NCBI GenBank assembly: GCA_034440375.1
Contig: JAWXBZ010000023.1
Span: forward strand, 1 to 30,837
Length of the DNA stretch: 30,837 nt
Source: Candidatus Eiseniibacteriota bacterium
GTDB taxonomy: Bacteria; Eisenbacteria; RBG-16-71-46; JABDJR01; JAWXBZ01
Direction of reading: 5' to 3'
Positions 1-8,370 of this stretch are shown in pieces (the stretch's first letter is position 1; every line of letters starts with the position of its first letter). The position numbers and the translations under genes were made by a program. The notes under the pieces were generated by a model. That model saw only the letters and a list, made by a program, of their open reading frames with translations, searched no databases and was not told the DNA's origin.

Positions 1-923
1 ACCTGGCCGGCATCGAGATCGGCGAACAGCGTGTCGAGCCGGAGGGGCACCTCCACGAAGTCGAGTTCCGTGCCATGCCGTCGGCGATAAAAGCAACGGA
101 CGCGGACGCCCGCCAGCCGGGACCGCAGCACCGGATGCTCCGGATGCAGGTTGACGAATTCGAGCGGCTCATTGCCCCTGAGGTAGATGCCGTCCAGGTA
201 TTGATCCGGCGGCGCCGCGTTGAAATAGCGCCAGTCGAAGTCGGCGGGGTACCAGGGCCAGCGTTCGGCCAGCCAGGAGGCGTCGAACGTGCCGATCCGG
301 CTCATGCGCTGGGGCCATTCCGGGCTCAACGGACCGAACCCGATCGGCGCGGCATCGTGCAGCGAATCGGAGCCCCGACCTTCGAGGGACTGGATGTTGG
401 GCGCCATGCGAACGGCGCGGCCGTCGACGACGACGTTCTCGTCGATGCCGCGCCCCACCGGATTGCGGGCGAACCCCGGCCCGCCGTAGGCGCGGCTCCA
501 CTCCAGGCTCATCGACCGGAACGGGACGGGGTCCGAGAGGCTGGGGCCGACGACGCCGCGACGGATCAGCCGGTCTCCCACGACCACCGCCGGCTTGCGG
601 AAGGCTCCCACGGCAAACGCTACCGGCACGATCGGCTCCGCCCGCCCGCCGGGAGCGTGGCAATGAGCCGCCAGAAGGAGGTCCGTTCCCGGCTTGAACG
701 GCGCGAAGTCCGAGGCCCGGCGCAGGCCGCGCGCGGGGTCGTCGTCCCACGGGGCGTCGCCGTCCAGGTGAGGATGGTCGTCCTCTGGAAGCTTCTCGAC
801 GGCGCCGTCGTGCCGGAGGGTAAAGGATCCCTTCACGATGAACGTCGCGGTCAGGGAGTCGGCCAGGACATGATTGGCGATGACGCCGAAGCGCATCGCC
901 GAGTCGTTCACGACGATCGGCAT
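1..923 (-). CDS. DUF2169 family T6SS accessory/adaptor protein (3' end outside window; absent from the ORF track)
   Basis: Manual translation from ATG at 923 is open to base 1: MPIVVNDSAMRFG...TFIVKGSFTL...ASDFAPFKPGTDLLL...RAYGGPGFARNPVGRG...GFGPLSPEWPQRMSRIGTFDASWLAERWPWYPADFDWRYFNAAPPDQ...LRGNEPLEFVNLHPEHP...LDTLFAD, all hallmark DUF2169 motifs. Lies downstream of vgrG. Confidence 0.9.
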   Translation of the reverse strand, partial: MPIVVNDSAMRFGVIANHVLADSLTATFIVKGSFTLRHDGAVEKLPEDDHPHLDGDAPWDDDPARGLRRASDFAPFKPGTDLLLAAHCHAPGGRAEPIVPVAFAVGAFRKPAVVVGDRLIRRGVVGPSLSDPVPFRSMSLEWSRAYGGPGFARNPVGRGIDENVVVDGRAVRMAPNIQSLEGRGSDSLHDAAPIGFGPLSPEWPQRMSRIGTFDASWLAERWPWYPADFDWRYFNAAPPDQYLDGIYLRGNEPLEFVNLHPEHPVLRSRLAGVRVRCFYRRRHGTELDFVEVPLRLDTLFADLDAGQ

Positions 924-930
924 GGAAGGA

Positions 931-2421
931 TCAGGCCCACTTGATTTCGCTGCCCTGCATCTCGGCGACCATGTCGCAGACGATGTTGTAGCGGTTTCCG
1001 GCGTTGCCGAAGAAGCGATCGGCGCTGATGTCCACAGCGCCGTCCACCAGAAACTTGATGAACGATTCGGAATTCATGGCGTAGTTCTTGGCCTGGACCT
1101 TCAGGTCGTCCAGCTTGGCCTCCAGGACGTCCACCTCCTCGGTGCTCTTCTTGAGATTGGCCTGGTAATGCTTGGCGCGGGAGGCGATCGAATCCATGGC
1201 CCGCTTCTGCTCTTCGTAGTCCACCTTGAGGGTCTTCCGGAATTCCTCGAGCTTGTCCTTGTACTTCTCGACGATGTCCGTCGCCTTGTGGTTCAGTTCC
1301 TTTTCGCACTCCGCCCGCTTCTTCGGATTCTTCCCGTGGTAGAAGGTCGGGTCGAGTTCGACGCGGCTCCCCATGATGGTTTCCGTCACGTCTCCCAGCA
1401 CGTGCTCCACCTTGATCCCCACGTTGCGTTCCCACCGGTATCCCTTGACGTACCGGGTGTCGTCCATGAAATCGCACTTGAGCTCGATCCCGAACGTTTC
1501 GTCCAGCTTGCCGCCCAGCACGACCGACACTTCAGCCGAGACGGTGTGGGTGATCGTGTTTCCCTCCGTGAGCTCGACAAGCTTTCCTTCGATCTTCTGG
1601 TAGTCGTCGCCCCCGATCAGGAACTTGTTGAACTCCTTGAAAGCCGTCGTGAAGTTCCCTTCGGTCCACGAATGGATGCCGGGGCCGTTCTCCGGTTGAG
1701 CCGGGCATCCGCAGAGGGCCGCTTCCCCGGTCGTCGAGGGATGTTTCGGCGCGTCCGCCGCCTTGGCCGCCGCGGCGGCCTCCGCGATCTCATTCTTGAT
1801 CGATTCGACCTGCTTCTGGGCCACGTCGGCCAGGGCCGCCTTCATGACGGCAAGGGTCCGCAGACCTTCCGCCTTCGTTTCCGCGGCCTTCGCGGCCTTC
1901 TCCAGTTCGTCCGACCTCGTGCGGTCGCTCGTGGCGGCGGCTCGAGCCGTCCCGGCCCTCTCCGCGTCCGCGGTGGCCTGCTTCCTGGCTTTGGCCGCCC
2001 GCTCGCAGGCGGACTCTCGCTGTTCTTTCGCCGTGGTCAGCCGGGTCTCAGCCGCCATGACGGCGTTGTCGGCGGCGGCCGTTTCGGCATTGCACTCACC
2101 CGGGTTCAACGCCCGGACCTGGGCGGCCTCCTTCTGCTTCTGGGCCAGCTCGCTCTCGGCCTTCGACTGGTTCTCCGTCGCCGATCCGCACGCACCCTCG
2201 GCGGCCTTGGCCGTGCCGTCCGAATTCGCGGCCACCTTCTCCATGGACCCGGCAACGCCTTCGGAGCCGTCGGCGACGGCATCCGCCGCCTGGGCATCCC
2301 GCGCCGCCGAGCCGGCATCCAGCTTCGCCTGGTCCGCAGCCAGATGGGTCTCCCTGGATTCGGCCGCGGACGTCGCCGCGGTCTTTTCCTGCTCGGCCAG
2401 TTTTTCTTCGAGTGTGGACAC
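931..2421 (-). CDS. Spike/needle-like protein C: Ala-rich helical N-terminal half plus gp5-like beta-helix C-terminal half (496 aa)
   Basis: GTG start with GGAG 6 nt upstream. From GIHSWTEGNF (nt 1680) there is 8-residue Gly periodicity (YQKIEGKL/VELTEGNT/VSVVLGGK/LDETFGIE/TRYVKGYR/WERNVGIK/VEHVLGDV), ending MQGSEIKWA like a spike tip. Confidence 0.6.
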   Translation of the reverse strand: MSTLEEKLAEQEKTAATSAAESRETHLAADQAKLDAGSAARDAQAADAVADGSEGVAGSMEKVAANSDGTAKAAEGACGSATENQSKAESELAQKQKEAAQVRALNPGECNAETAAADNAVMAAETRLTTAKEQRESACERAAKARKQATADAERAGTARAAATSDRTRSDELEKAAKAAETKAEGLRTLAVMKAALADVAQKQVESIKNEIAEAAAAAKAADAPKHPSTTGEAALCGCPAQPENGPGIHSWTEGNFTTAFKEFNKFLIGGDDYQKIEGKLVELTEGNTITHTVSAEVSVVLGGKLDETFGIELKCDFMDDTRYVKGYRWERNVGIKVEHVLGDVTETIMGSRVELDPTFYHGKNPKKRAECEKELNHKATDIVEKYKDKLEEFRKTLKVDYEEQKRAMDSIASRAKHYQANLKKSTEEVDVLEAKLDDLKVQAKNYAMNSESFIKFLVDGAVDISADRFFGNAGNRYNIVCDMVAEMQGSEIKWA

Positions 2422-2437
2422 CTTCTGCTCCCGGGGC

Positions 2438-3265
2438 TCAGGTCGCCTTGGTGATCGTTGCGGCCAGCTTCACCATGCTGCCGGCCATGAACCGCACCTC
2501 GCTCTTAAGATTCTTCTCCACCTTGGCGCTCGAGGTGATCTCATGCGCCGTGGCGGCGATGCTTTTGAAGGTGCCCGAGTACTTGGCCTCGGTGGTCTTG
2601 CACTCTTCCTTCAGGTCCTTGATCTTCCCCTGAAACTTGGTCGTCTTCTCGATCCACTTCTCGACTTCCATGTTCGCGTTGTTGACCTCGGTCTCCCGCG
2701 TCTTCAGAAGCGCCTCGACCTTGTCGTGCTCCGCGAAGAAATTCTTGATGTCCTGGTCCAGCTTGGTCGACAACTCCCGCTCGATTGCCTGAACGTGCTG
2801 CTCGAAGATCTTCATCTTTCGCTCGTGCCGGACGTCGTCGTCCTTGGTCGCCTTGCCGGCCTCGTGAAGCGCCCGGTCCGCGTCATATCGCTCGTATTTT
2901 GCCCCGATGACGTACTCGGAGCGGTTTCGCGTTGTCTCCTCGTGACGCCCCTTGCGGATGAAGGCGAAAACTACCCCGAGGTTGAACTTGTTCTCGAACA
3001 GGAAGACCACCGACCGGGCGTATCCGAAGGTCGTGTTGTGCGAATGGCCCCGGGTGATCGACGTCGTCAGCGAGCCGACGAACCTCGCGGTGACGCCCAA
3101 CGTCCGCTTGTACGAACTGAGCTTGAACGCCTCGGACAAGTCCTTGTGGCGCTTGAACCAGTGCCCCGGCGACACGAAGAACGCGCCGCCATCCGCGGGC
3201 GGCGCAGGCGGCTGGGCCTTGTCCCCCGGCTCCTTGCCGGGAACGGCGCCGTCACCATCACCCAT
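2438..3265 (-). CDS. Spike/needle-like protein B, gp5-like beta-helix (275 aa)
   Basis: ATG with GGAGG SD. Short Pro-rich leader, then GAFFVSPGHW (aligns with GIHSWTEGNF of protein C) and 7-8-residue strand repeats (TSITRGHS/HNTTFGYA...SEVRFMAG/SMVKLAA/TITKAT). Confidence 0.6.
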   Translation of the reverse strand: MGDGDGAVPGKEPGDKAQPPAPPADGGAFFVSPGHWFKRHKDLSEAFKLSSYKRTLGVTARFVGSLTTSITRGHSHNTTFGYARSVVFLFENKFNLGVVFAFIRKGRHEETTRNRSEYVIGAKYERYDADRALHEAGKATKDDDVRHERKMKIFEQHVQAIERELSTKLDQDIKNFFAEHDKVEALLKTRETEVNNANMEVEKWIEKTTKFQGKIKDLKEECKTTEAKYSGTFKSIAATAHEITSSAKVEKNLKSEVRFMAGSMVKLAATITKAT

Positions 3266-3288
3266 TTCGGCAACCTCCGGAGGGCACG

Positions 3289-4125
3289 CTACTCACCCAG
3301 CTTGACGAGATCGGCCGTGAACTTGATGACCTGCGCCTTCAGCTTCATCGACTTCTTCTTGGAAGCGCAGTCGGCGCCCTTGATCTTCATCAGGGACGAC
3401 ACCGCTTCCTTCATCGAGCCGGTACGGCGCTCAAACTTGCCGCAGTCCATCTTGATTTCGTCGATGGTCAGGCTCATCTCCTTGACGAGCGTCTGGATCT
3501 TCTTTGCCTTGAGCCGCATCTCCTGGCTGACCTGTATCTCCATCAGCCGGATCTTCTCGTCCATGTCCTTGACCTTTTGCTGGCACTTCTTCGCCTTCTC
3601 CTCGAGCAGCGATCCGACCTTGGTCGCGAGCTGCTCGATGAGAATTTTCTCCATCACGTGCCGTTCCTGGCTCAGCTTGGCGTTCTTGGAAGTGTACTTG
3701 CCCTTCGTCAGGTGCTTGTACGGGCCGAGGAAGCCCTCCTTCTTGTCCCCCATGACGATCTCGGTCTTCTTGCCGAGGATCTCGTACTTGGCCGCGGCCA
3801 TCTCGCTGGCGAAGATGCCGTACGTCCGGGCGTTCGAATTGGTGGCGACGATTTCGCTGGACGACCCCTGGATGACCGAGTGCTTGGTGCCGACGATGAA
3901 CTCGAAGTAGCCGAGGGCGCGGAATTCGTTCTTCCCCTCGCCGACGTTGAGCCACGCATTCCCCTCGGTATGGGATACATGGTTCTTGACGTCGACGCAG
4001 TGGGCCTTGTCCGAAGTCGCGTTGATGCCGGGCGAGTCGGGAGGCTTGGCCGCCTTCGCGTCATCGGCGACCGCACCGGGGTCCTTCGGATCGACGCCGC
4101 AACCGCCGACAGGTCCGCCTGCCAT
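3289..4125 (-). CDS. Spike/needle-like protein A, Lys-rich gp5-like beta-helix (278 aa)
   Basis: SD GGAG overlaps the vgrG stop (TAGGAG-7nt-ATG). Repeats SHTEGNAW/FEFIVGTK/HSVIQGSS/TEIVMGDK, then heptads EMRLKAK/KIQTLVK/EMSLTID/EIKMDCG, ending VIKFTAD/LVKLGE. Confidence 0.6.
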   Translation of the reverse strand: MAGGPVGGCGVDPKDPGAVADDAKAAKPPDSPGINATSDKAHCVDVKNHVSHTEGNAWLNVGEGKNEFRALGYFEFIVGTKHSVIQGSSSEIVATNSNARTYGIFASEMAAAKYEILGKKTEIVMGDKKEGFLGPYKHLTKGKYTSKNAKLSQERHVMEKILIEQLATKVGSLLEEKAKKCQQKVKDMDEKIRLMEIQVSQEMRLKAKKIQTLVKEMSLTIDEIKMDCGKFERRTGSMKEAVSSLMKIKGADCASKKKSMKLKAQVIKFTADLVKLGE

Positions 4126-4135
4126 GTCGTCGCTC

Positions 4136-6163
4136 CTAAGCCGGCTTGTCGCCGATGGAAAAGTAGGTGTTCGCCGTGGGTGAGGTCATCGCGACCCGCT
4201 GCCCCCCCGCCGTATCCTCGATGACGATCTTGTTCCCCCCACCCGTATGAATCACCGACTGCGTCTGGTTCGCCCCCGTCACCGGGCTCTTCGTCTCCGG
4301 ATTCGGTACGCTCCCGACGATGATGGGCCTGTCCGGATCACCATCGAGATGGATCAGAAGCACCTCCGTCCCCTTGTGCAGCGGAAAGTGCATTCCCATG
4401 CCGGGGCCGGAATAAGGTTGCGCCATGCGGAAGTAGCCGGATGCCTTGCCGGCGCCGGCATCCGAGAGGTCATACGGCAACCGGCACTTGTACCGGCCGA
4501 GATCATCGATCTCCGCGTACTCGCCCGAGCCGCCGGCATCGATCTGGGCCTTCATGTACCCCTTCACCACCGGCCGGGGCGTCACGCGCGGCGGCCGGAA
4601 CATCGTGGCGGCGGGGATGGCCGTGAAGCTGTTCACGTAGGAGGGCCGCTCCGATTTGCCCCCCGCGGAGGCGCCGACGGCGCCCATCTGGCGGCCGGAA
4701 TGGTGAACGTCGGTGAGCAGATATTTCTGGTTGTGCCCCTTGATGAAGTGATCTAGGAGTTCGAACGTGGCGCCGGCTCGCAACTGACGCACGGCGCTCT
4801 CGCCCAGGTAGATCTTCTCCTTGCAACTCTGCTCCTCGGCCCGCACCTTGGCCAGGCGTTTGCCGTCGTCCGGATCCTTGAAGTGATTGCCGTACTCCAT
4901 GAAGGTGCCGAAACCGGTCTTGACGACGTCGGATTCGCCTTTGATTTCCAGCGACGGCTTTCGATAGTTGTAATCCTTGAGCAGGATCTCCTTCGAGAGC
5001 TGCTGCTGACGGAAGATCAGCAAGCCGACCGCCTCCCCGGCCGTGCTGATGGCCTGGGCGTCGCGGAACGGCACCTTGGGATCGCCCTCGATCGGCAGGT
5101 GCGATTCCTTCATGTCGGTGATGATCAGCTTTTCCTGTTCCTCGCCGTGCTCGAAGAAATAGAACATCCCCTCGTGCTCCATCCGGCGGCTGATGAAGTC
5201 GAAGTCACTTTCCTGGTACTGGACGACGTACTCGCGTTCAGGGCCCGGTTCCTTGATCTTGATGTCGAAGTCGCGCCCCTTCGACATCCCGTTTTCCTCG
5301 AGGACTTCCTTGATGATCACGTCGATCGTCTTGGCCAGGAAGACCTGGCTGGTCTTGGTAAACGTGAGATTGTGAAGGCGCGGCACCAGGGCCACGCGGA
5401 AGTAGGAGTACTCCGGCCCTTTGCCCCGCTGCTCAAACTGCGTGACGATGCCGTGGAAGCGGCTGACCTCATCCGCGCGATGAATCAGGAGCACCGCCGA
5501 CTTGTTCAGGACCGTGGCCGGGTCGATGCTCGGGTCATTGGCCGCGAGGTCGATGTCGAAGCGGTAAAGGCGGGAGATCCCTTCGTCCCCTTCCACGCCG
5601 ACCGGCGTGAAGGTGGCCGGGTCGAGCCCCAGGACCTGAAATTCAAACAGGATGTCACCCTTCGAGGCCTCACCTGGTTCGCCGGGCTCGGCGGCAGGGG
5701 TCGGCGACGGAGAAGTGGCGGGGGACGCGGCCGGCGCTGCGGCGGCCGGCTGGATCGCGGGTGCGGCGGGCGCCGCTGGAGCCGCGGGTGTCGGAGCAGC
5801 GGGTGCGGCCGGAGTCGGCGGCGCCGATGGGGCCGCCGGAGGCATGGAGACACTCGCTGCACCCGGAATGCCGGGCACCGATGGCACACCGGGGACCGAT
5901 GGCACGCCCGGAACCAACGGCACGCCCGGTACTTTCGGGATCTCCGGTACGCCCGGCACCTTGGGAATTTCCGGCACCTTCGGAATCGTCGGCACGCCGG
6001 GAATGTCCTGTAGTCCCGGCACCTTCGGCACCTGGGGCACGCCGGGAATAGCCGGGGGCGTCGGCACGCCGGGAATGGCCGGCACACCCGGCACCGGCGG
6101 AATACTCGGCGGCTTCGGCACGGGAACAGGCGGTATGCCGGGTGGGTCCGGAATCGGACTCAT
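4136..6163 (-). CDS. vgrG: Type VI secretion spike hub VgrG (TssI), 675 aa, with N-terminal Pro-rich extension and no C-terminal beta-helix
   Basis: Motifs EGDEGISRLYRFDI, REYVVQYQESDFDFISRRMEHEGMFYFFEH, DYNYRKP, IDDLGRYK, GMHFPLHKGTEVL..GDPDRPIIVGSVPN. True start judged to be ATG 6163 (GAGGA SD), not 6436. Confidence 0.95.
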   Translation of the reverse strand: MSPIPDPPGIPPVPVPKPPSIPPVPGVPAIPGVPTPPAIPGVPQVPKVPGLQDIPGVPTIPKVPEIPKVPGVPEIPKVPGVPLVPGVPSVPGVPSVPGIPGAASVSMPPAAPSAPPTPAAPAAPTPAAPAAPAAPAIQPAAAAPAASPATSPSPTPAAEPGEPGEASKGDILFEFQVLGLDPATFTPVGVEGDEGISRLYRFDIDLAANDPSIDPATVLNKSAVLLIHRADEVSRFHGIVTQFEQRGKGPEYSYFRVALVPRLHNLTFTKTSQVFLAKTIDVIIKEVLEENGMSKGRDFDIKIKEPGPEREYVVQYQESDFDFISRRMEHEGMFYFFEHGEEQEKLIITDMKESHLPIEGDPKVPFRDAQAISTAGEAVGLLIFRQQQLSKEILLKDYNYRKPSLEIKGESDVVKTGFGTFMEYGNHFKDPDDGKRLAKVRAEEQSCKEKIYLGESAVRQLRAGATFELLDHFIKGHNQKYLLTDVHHSGRQMGAVGASAGGKSERPSYVNSFTAIPAATMFRPPRVTPRPVVKGYMKAQIDAGGSGEYAEIDDLGRYKCRLPYDLSDAGAGKASGYFRMAQPYSGPGMGMHFPLHKGTEVLLIHLDGDPDRPIIVGSVPNPETKSPVTGANQTQSVIHTGGGNKIVIEDTAGGQRVAMTSPTANTYFSIGDKPA
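5690..6150 (-). repeat. Low-complexity coding repeat: ~9-bp P-x-(V/I) units followed by Pro/Ala (PAAP) units in the vgrG 5' region
   Basis: PGVPTIPKVPEIPKVPGVPEIPKVPGVPLVPGVPSVPGVPSVPGIPG then PTPAAPAAPTPAAPAAPAAPA; recurring ggcacgccg/ggcaccttc on the + strand. Confidence 0.9.
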
Positions 6164-6231
6164 GACAGATCCTCGATCGACGAAGGTCGACGGCCGTGGC
6201 GGTTGAGCCGGGATGGCGAAACCGAAAACGC

Positions 6232-6237
6232 AGTATA
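6232..6237 (-). promoter_or_regulatory. Possible -10 element for the vgrG operon
   Basis: TATACT on the minus strand ~68 nt upstream of the vgrG ATG; no convincing -35. Confidence 0.3.
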
Positions 6238-6384
6238 GCCGCCCGGCCTGTGGGCTGCATCGTCGAAATTTCCGCGCGAAAGATTGGCTGCGGGGTGCCG
6301 TACGGGACTCGGAGTCGCCCCGCCACCCGTGTATGATCCATGGCACCTTGAACAGAGTAAATGTCCCCGCCGGTGGGAGTCCGA

Positions 6385-8358
6385 ATGCCTGACGAGTTGC
6401 CCCCAGATCCCGACGCCACCGTCGCCCATACCCCATCCTCCGGCCGTTCGTCCGGTCCGGAATTGCCGATCGTTCATGCGAAGTCCGGCGAGGAGTTGCC
6501 CGAGACCGCGGCCAGCCAGCTCAAGGCCGGACAGATCCTCTTCAGCCGATACGCATTGAAACGAGTGTTGGGCCGGGGCGGCTTTGGCGTGGTCTGGCTG
6601 GCGGACGACCGTGAACTCGACATCGAGGTGGCGCTCAAGTTCCTGGCCGACCACATCGCTTCCAGCCACGATTCGGTTCAGGACTTGAAGGGGGAGGCCC
6701 GACGCAGCCTGCGGCTCACGCACCCGAACATCGTCCGGATCTTCAACTTCATCCAGGAAGGCTCGCTGGTCGGCATCAGCATGGAGTATGTGTCTGGGGG
6801 GTCGCTGCCGCAGATCCGTGCGGCGCGGGGGCTCCGCGCCTTTCCGCTCGCCGATCTTTTGCCGCTGGTCGGCCAGCTGTGCGATGCCCTCGAATATGCC
6901 CACACCAAGCCGCGCATCGTTCATCGCGATCTGAAACCGGCAAACCTGATGCTCGATTCTCACGGCGAACTCAAAATCGCCGATTTCGGCATCTCCCGCA
7001 GCATCTCCGATTCGCATACGCGCCTCACCTCCCCTGGCGACTCCTCCGGCACGCTGGCCTACATGAGTCCGCAGCAGATGATGGGCGAATCACCGCGCCC
7101 TTCGGACGATGTGTACTCGCTCGGGGCCACGATCTTTGACCTGGTGACCGGCAAACCCCCCTTTCACTCGGGCGATGTCGTGCGGCAGGCGCTGAACCTG
7201 ACACCATCCTCCATGGCCACGCGGCGCATCGAACTGGGCACCGAGGGGGAGTCGATTCCGCCGGAGTGGGAGGAGGTCGTGGCGGCCTGCCTCTCCAAGG
7301 AACCGCTGGAGCGACCGATCGGCGCCCTGGCCGTTGCCGAGCGGCTGGGACTGCGGACTGTCTCGGCTTCCGGATCGTCGGTCAGCGGGCGACCCTCCTC
7401 TTCGGCCCCTCCCGATGATGCAACGATGGTGCTCGGTTCGATTCCGGCGGGCGCAAAGGTGACGCGAACCCCGTCAGCCGAGTCGGCACGGACCGTGACG
7501 GCGCCAACCCGGACACAGGAACAAGGCTCGATTGCCGTGCCGGTTGCGCCCTCGCGACGCGGCATGAGCCCGTTGCTGCTTGCCGGTGCGCTGGGCGGCA
7601 TCTTGCTCGTCGTGGCAGGCATTCTCTTCGTGCCGCGCTGGCTGCGCCCGAAGTCTCCGTCAACCGTCGCGGTCAACCCCCCGATGACGCAGCCGGCAGA
7701 CGACGTGCCGATTGAGCCCCCCCCGGTTCCTGCGGCGCCTTTTGATTCTGGACGCGCGGTGAGCCGCGTCGAACCTGACCCGACCGACCGCGCTCGCGAA
7801 GCAGCCCTTGAGGCGCGTCGCCGCGAGCGGGACGTTGAGTCGGCCCGCCGCGAGGCCGAGGATCGGGCGCGCCGGCTCGAATCCGAACTGGCCGAGGCGC
7901 GGCGTGTCCGCGAATCGAGGCCGCCGGCGGAGACGCGCGTGATTACCCCGGCCTCGCCACCGGGCGATCCGCCCGCACGCACGCCGCCGACTGGTACCAC
8001 GGATCGCGCCGCAACCGAGCGGGCCGATGCCGAACGGGCCGCGAATGATCTCGTCCATCGCTACGAAGCCGCGATCGAGGCCCTCGACATCGGCGCCTAC
8101 GCCGCCCTCTGGCAGCGATTGCCCGACGCCTCGCGGAAGGCGCTGGCAAGTTCCTTCCGTGACACCGAAAGCCTGTCACTCGAAATTACCAACATGCGCA
8201 TCGAGCCGGAAGGCGAGAGGACCGTGGTTCGCTTCCGCGAGAATCGCTCGATCCAGCCGAAAGCGGGGCCGAAGCAGTCGGTGGGGCGCGATGTCCGCAT
8301 GACACTGATCCGTCCGGCGGGCGGCGACTGGCAGATTGGCGAGCTGACCGGCTCCTGA
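6385..8358 (+). CDS. Membrane-anchored Hanks-type Ser/Thr protein kinase (PpkA-like by context) with C-terminal NTF2/SnoaL-like domain
   Basis: GRGGFG, VALK, HPNIV, HRDLKPAN, DFG, GTLAYMSPQQ, DVYSLG; TM LLLAGALGGILLVVAGILFV; Pro-rich and coiled linker; terminal domain LVHRYEAAIEALDIGAY...WQIGEL. ATG 6385 follows GGGAG (alternative start 6361). Confidence 0.93.
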   Translation: MPDELPPDPDATVAHTPSSGRSSGPELPIVHAKSGEELPETAASQLKAGQILFSRYALKRVLGRGGFGVVWLADDRELDIEVALKFLADHIASSHDSVQDLKGEARRSLRLTHPNIVRIFNFIQEGSLVGISMEYVSGGSLPQIRAARGLRAFPLADLLPLVGQLCDALEYAHTKPRIVHRDLKPANLMLDSHGELKIADFGISRSISDSHTRLTSPGDSSGTLAYMSPQQMMGESPRPSDDVYSLGATIFDLVTGKPPFHSGDVVRQALNLTPSSMATRRIELGTEGESIPPEWEEVVAACLSKEPLERPIGALAVAERLGLRTVSASGSSVSGRPSSSAPPDDATMVLGSIPAGAKVTRTPSAESARTVTAPTRTQEQGSIAVPVAPSRRGMSPLLLAGALGGILLVVAGILFVPRWLRPKSPSTVAVNPPMTQPADDVPIEPPPVPAAPFDSGRAVSRVEPDPTDRAREAALEARRRERDVESARREAEDRARRLESELAEARRVRESRPPAETRVITPASPPGDPPARTPPTGTTDRAATERADAERAANDLVHRYEAAIEALDIGAYAALWQRLPDASRKALASSFRDTESLSLEITNMRIEPEGERTVVRFRENRSIQPKAGPKQSVGRDVRMTLIRPAGGDWQIGELTGS

Positions 8359-8370
8359 TGGGCCGTGTGA

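Noticed and set aside
75-3910. Long + strand ORFs 75..944, 874..2454 and 1763..3910
   Set aside because: Antisense shadows of the minus-strand operon, typical of high-GC DNA; no recognisable motifs.
931-4125. Reading the K/E-rich C-termini of the three genes as ordinary coiled coils or toxin-immunity pairs
   Set aside because: Alternating hydrophobic pattern within 7-8-residue units, Gly turns and spike-like ends fit beta-helix better; no toxin catalytic motif seen. Needs structure prediction to settle.
4126-4138. vgrG as a frameshifted pseudogene continuing into 3289..4125
   Set aside because: Clean TAG overlapped by a GGAG SD with well-spaced ATG, and two further similar genes each with their own SD, argue for programmed separate genes. 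Not fully excluded without reads.
6164-6436. ORF-track N-terminal extension of vgrG
   Set aside because: Overlaps the divergent kinase start and intergenic promoter region; SD supports ATG 6163.
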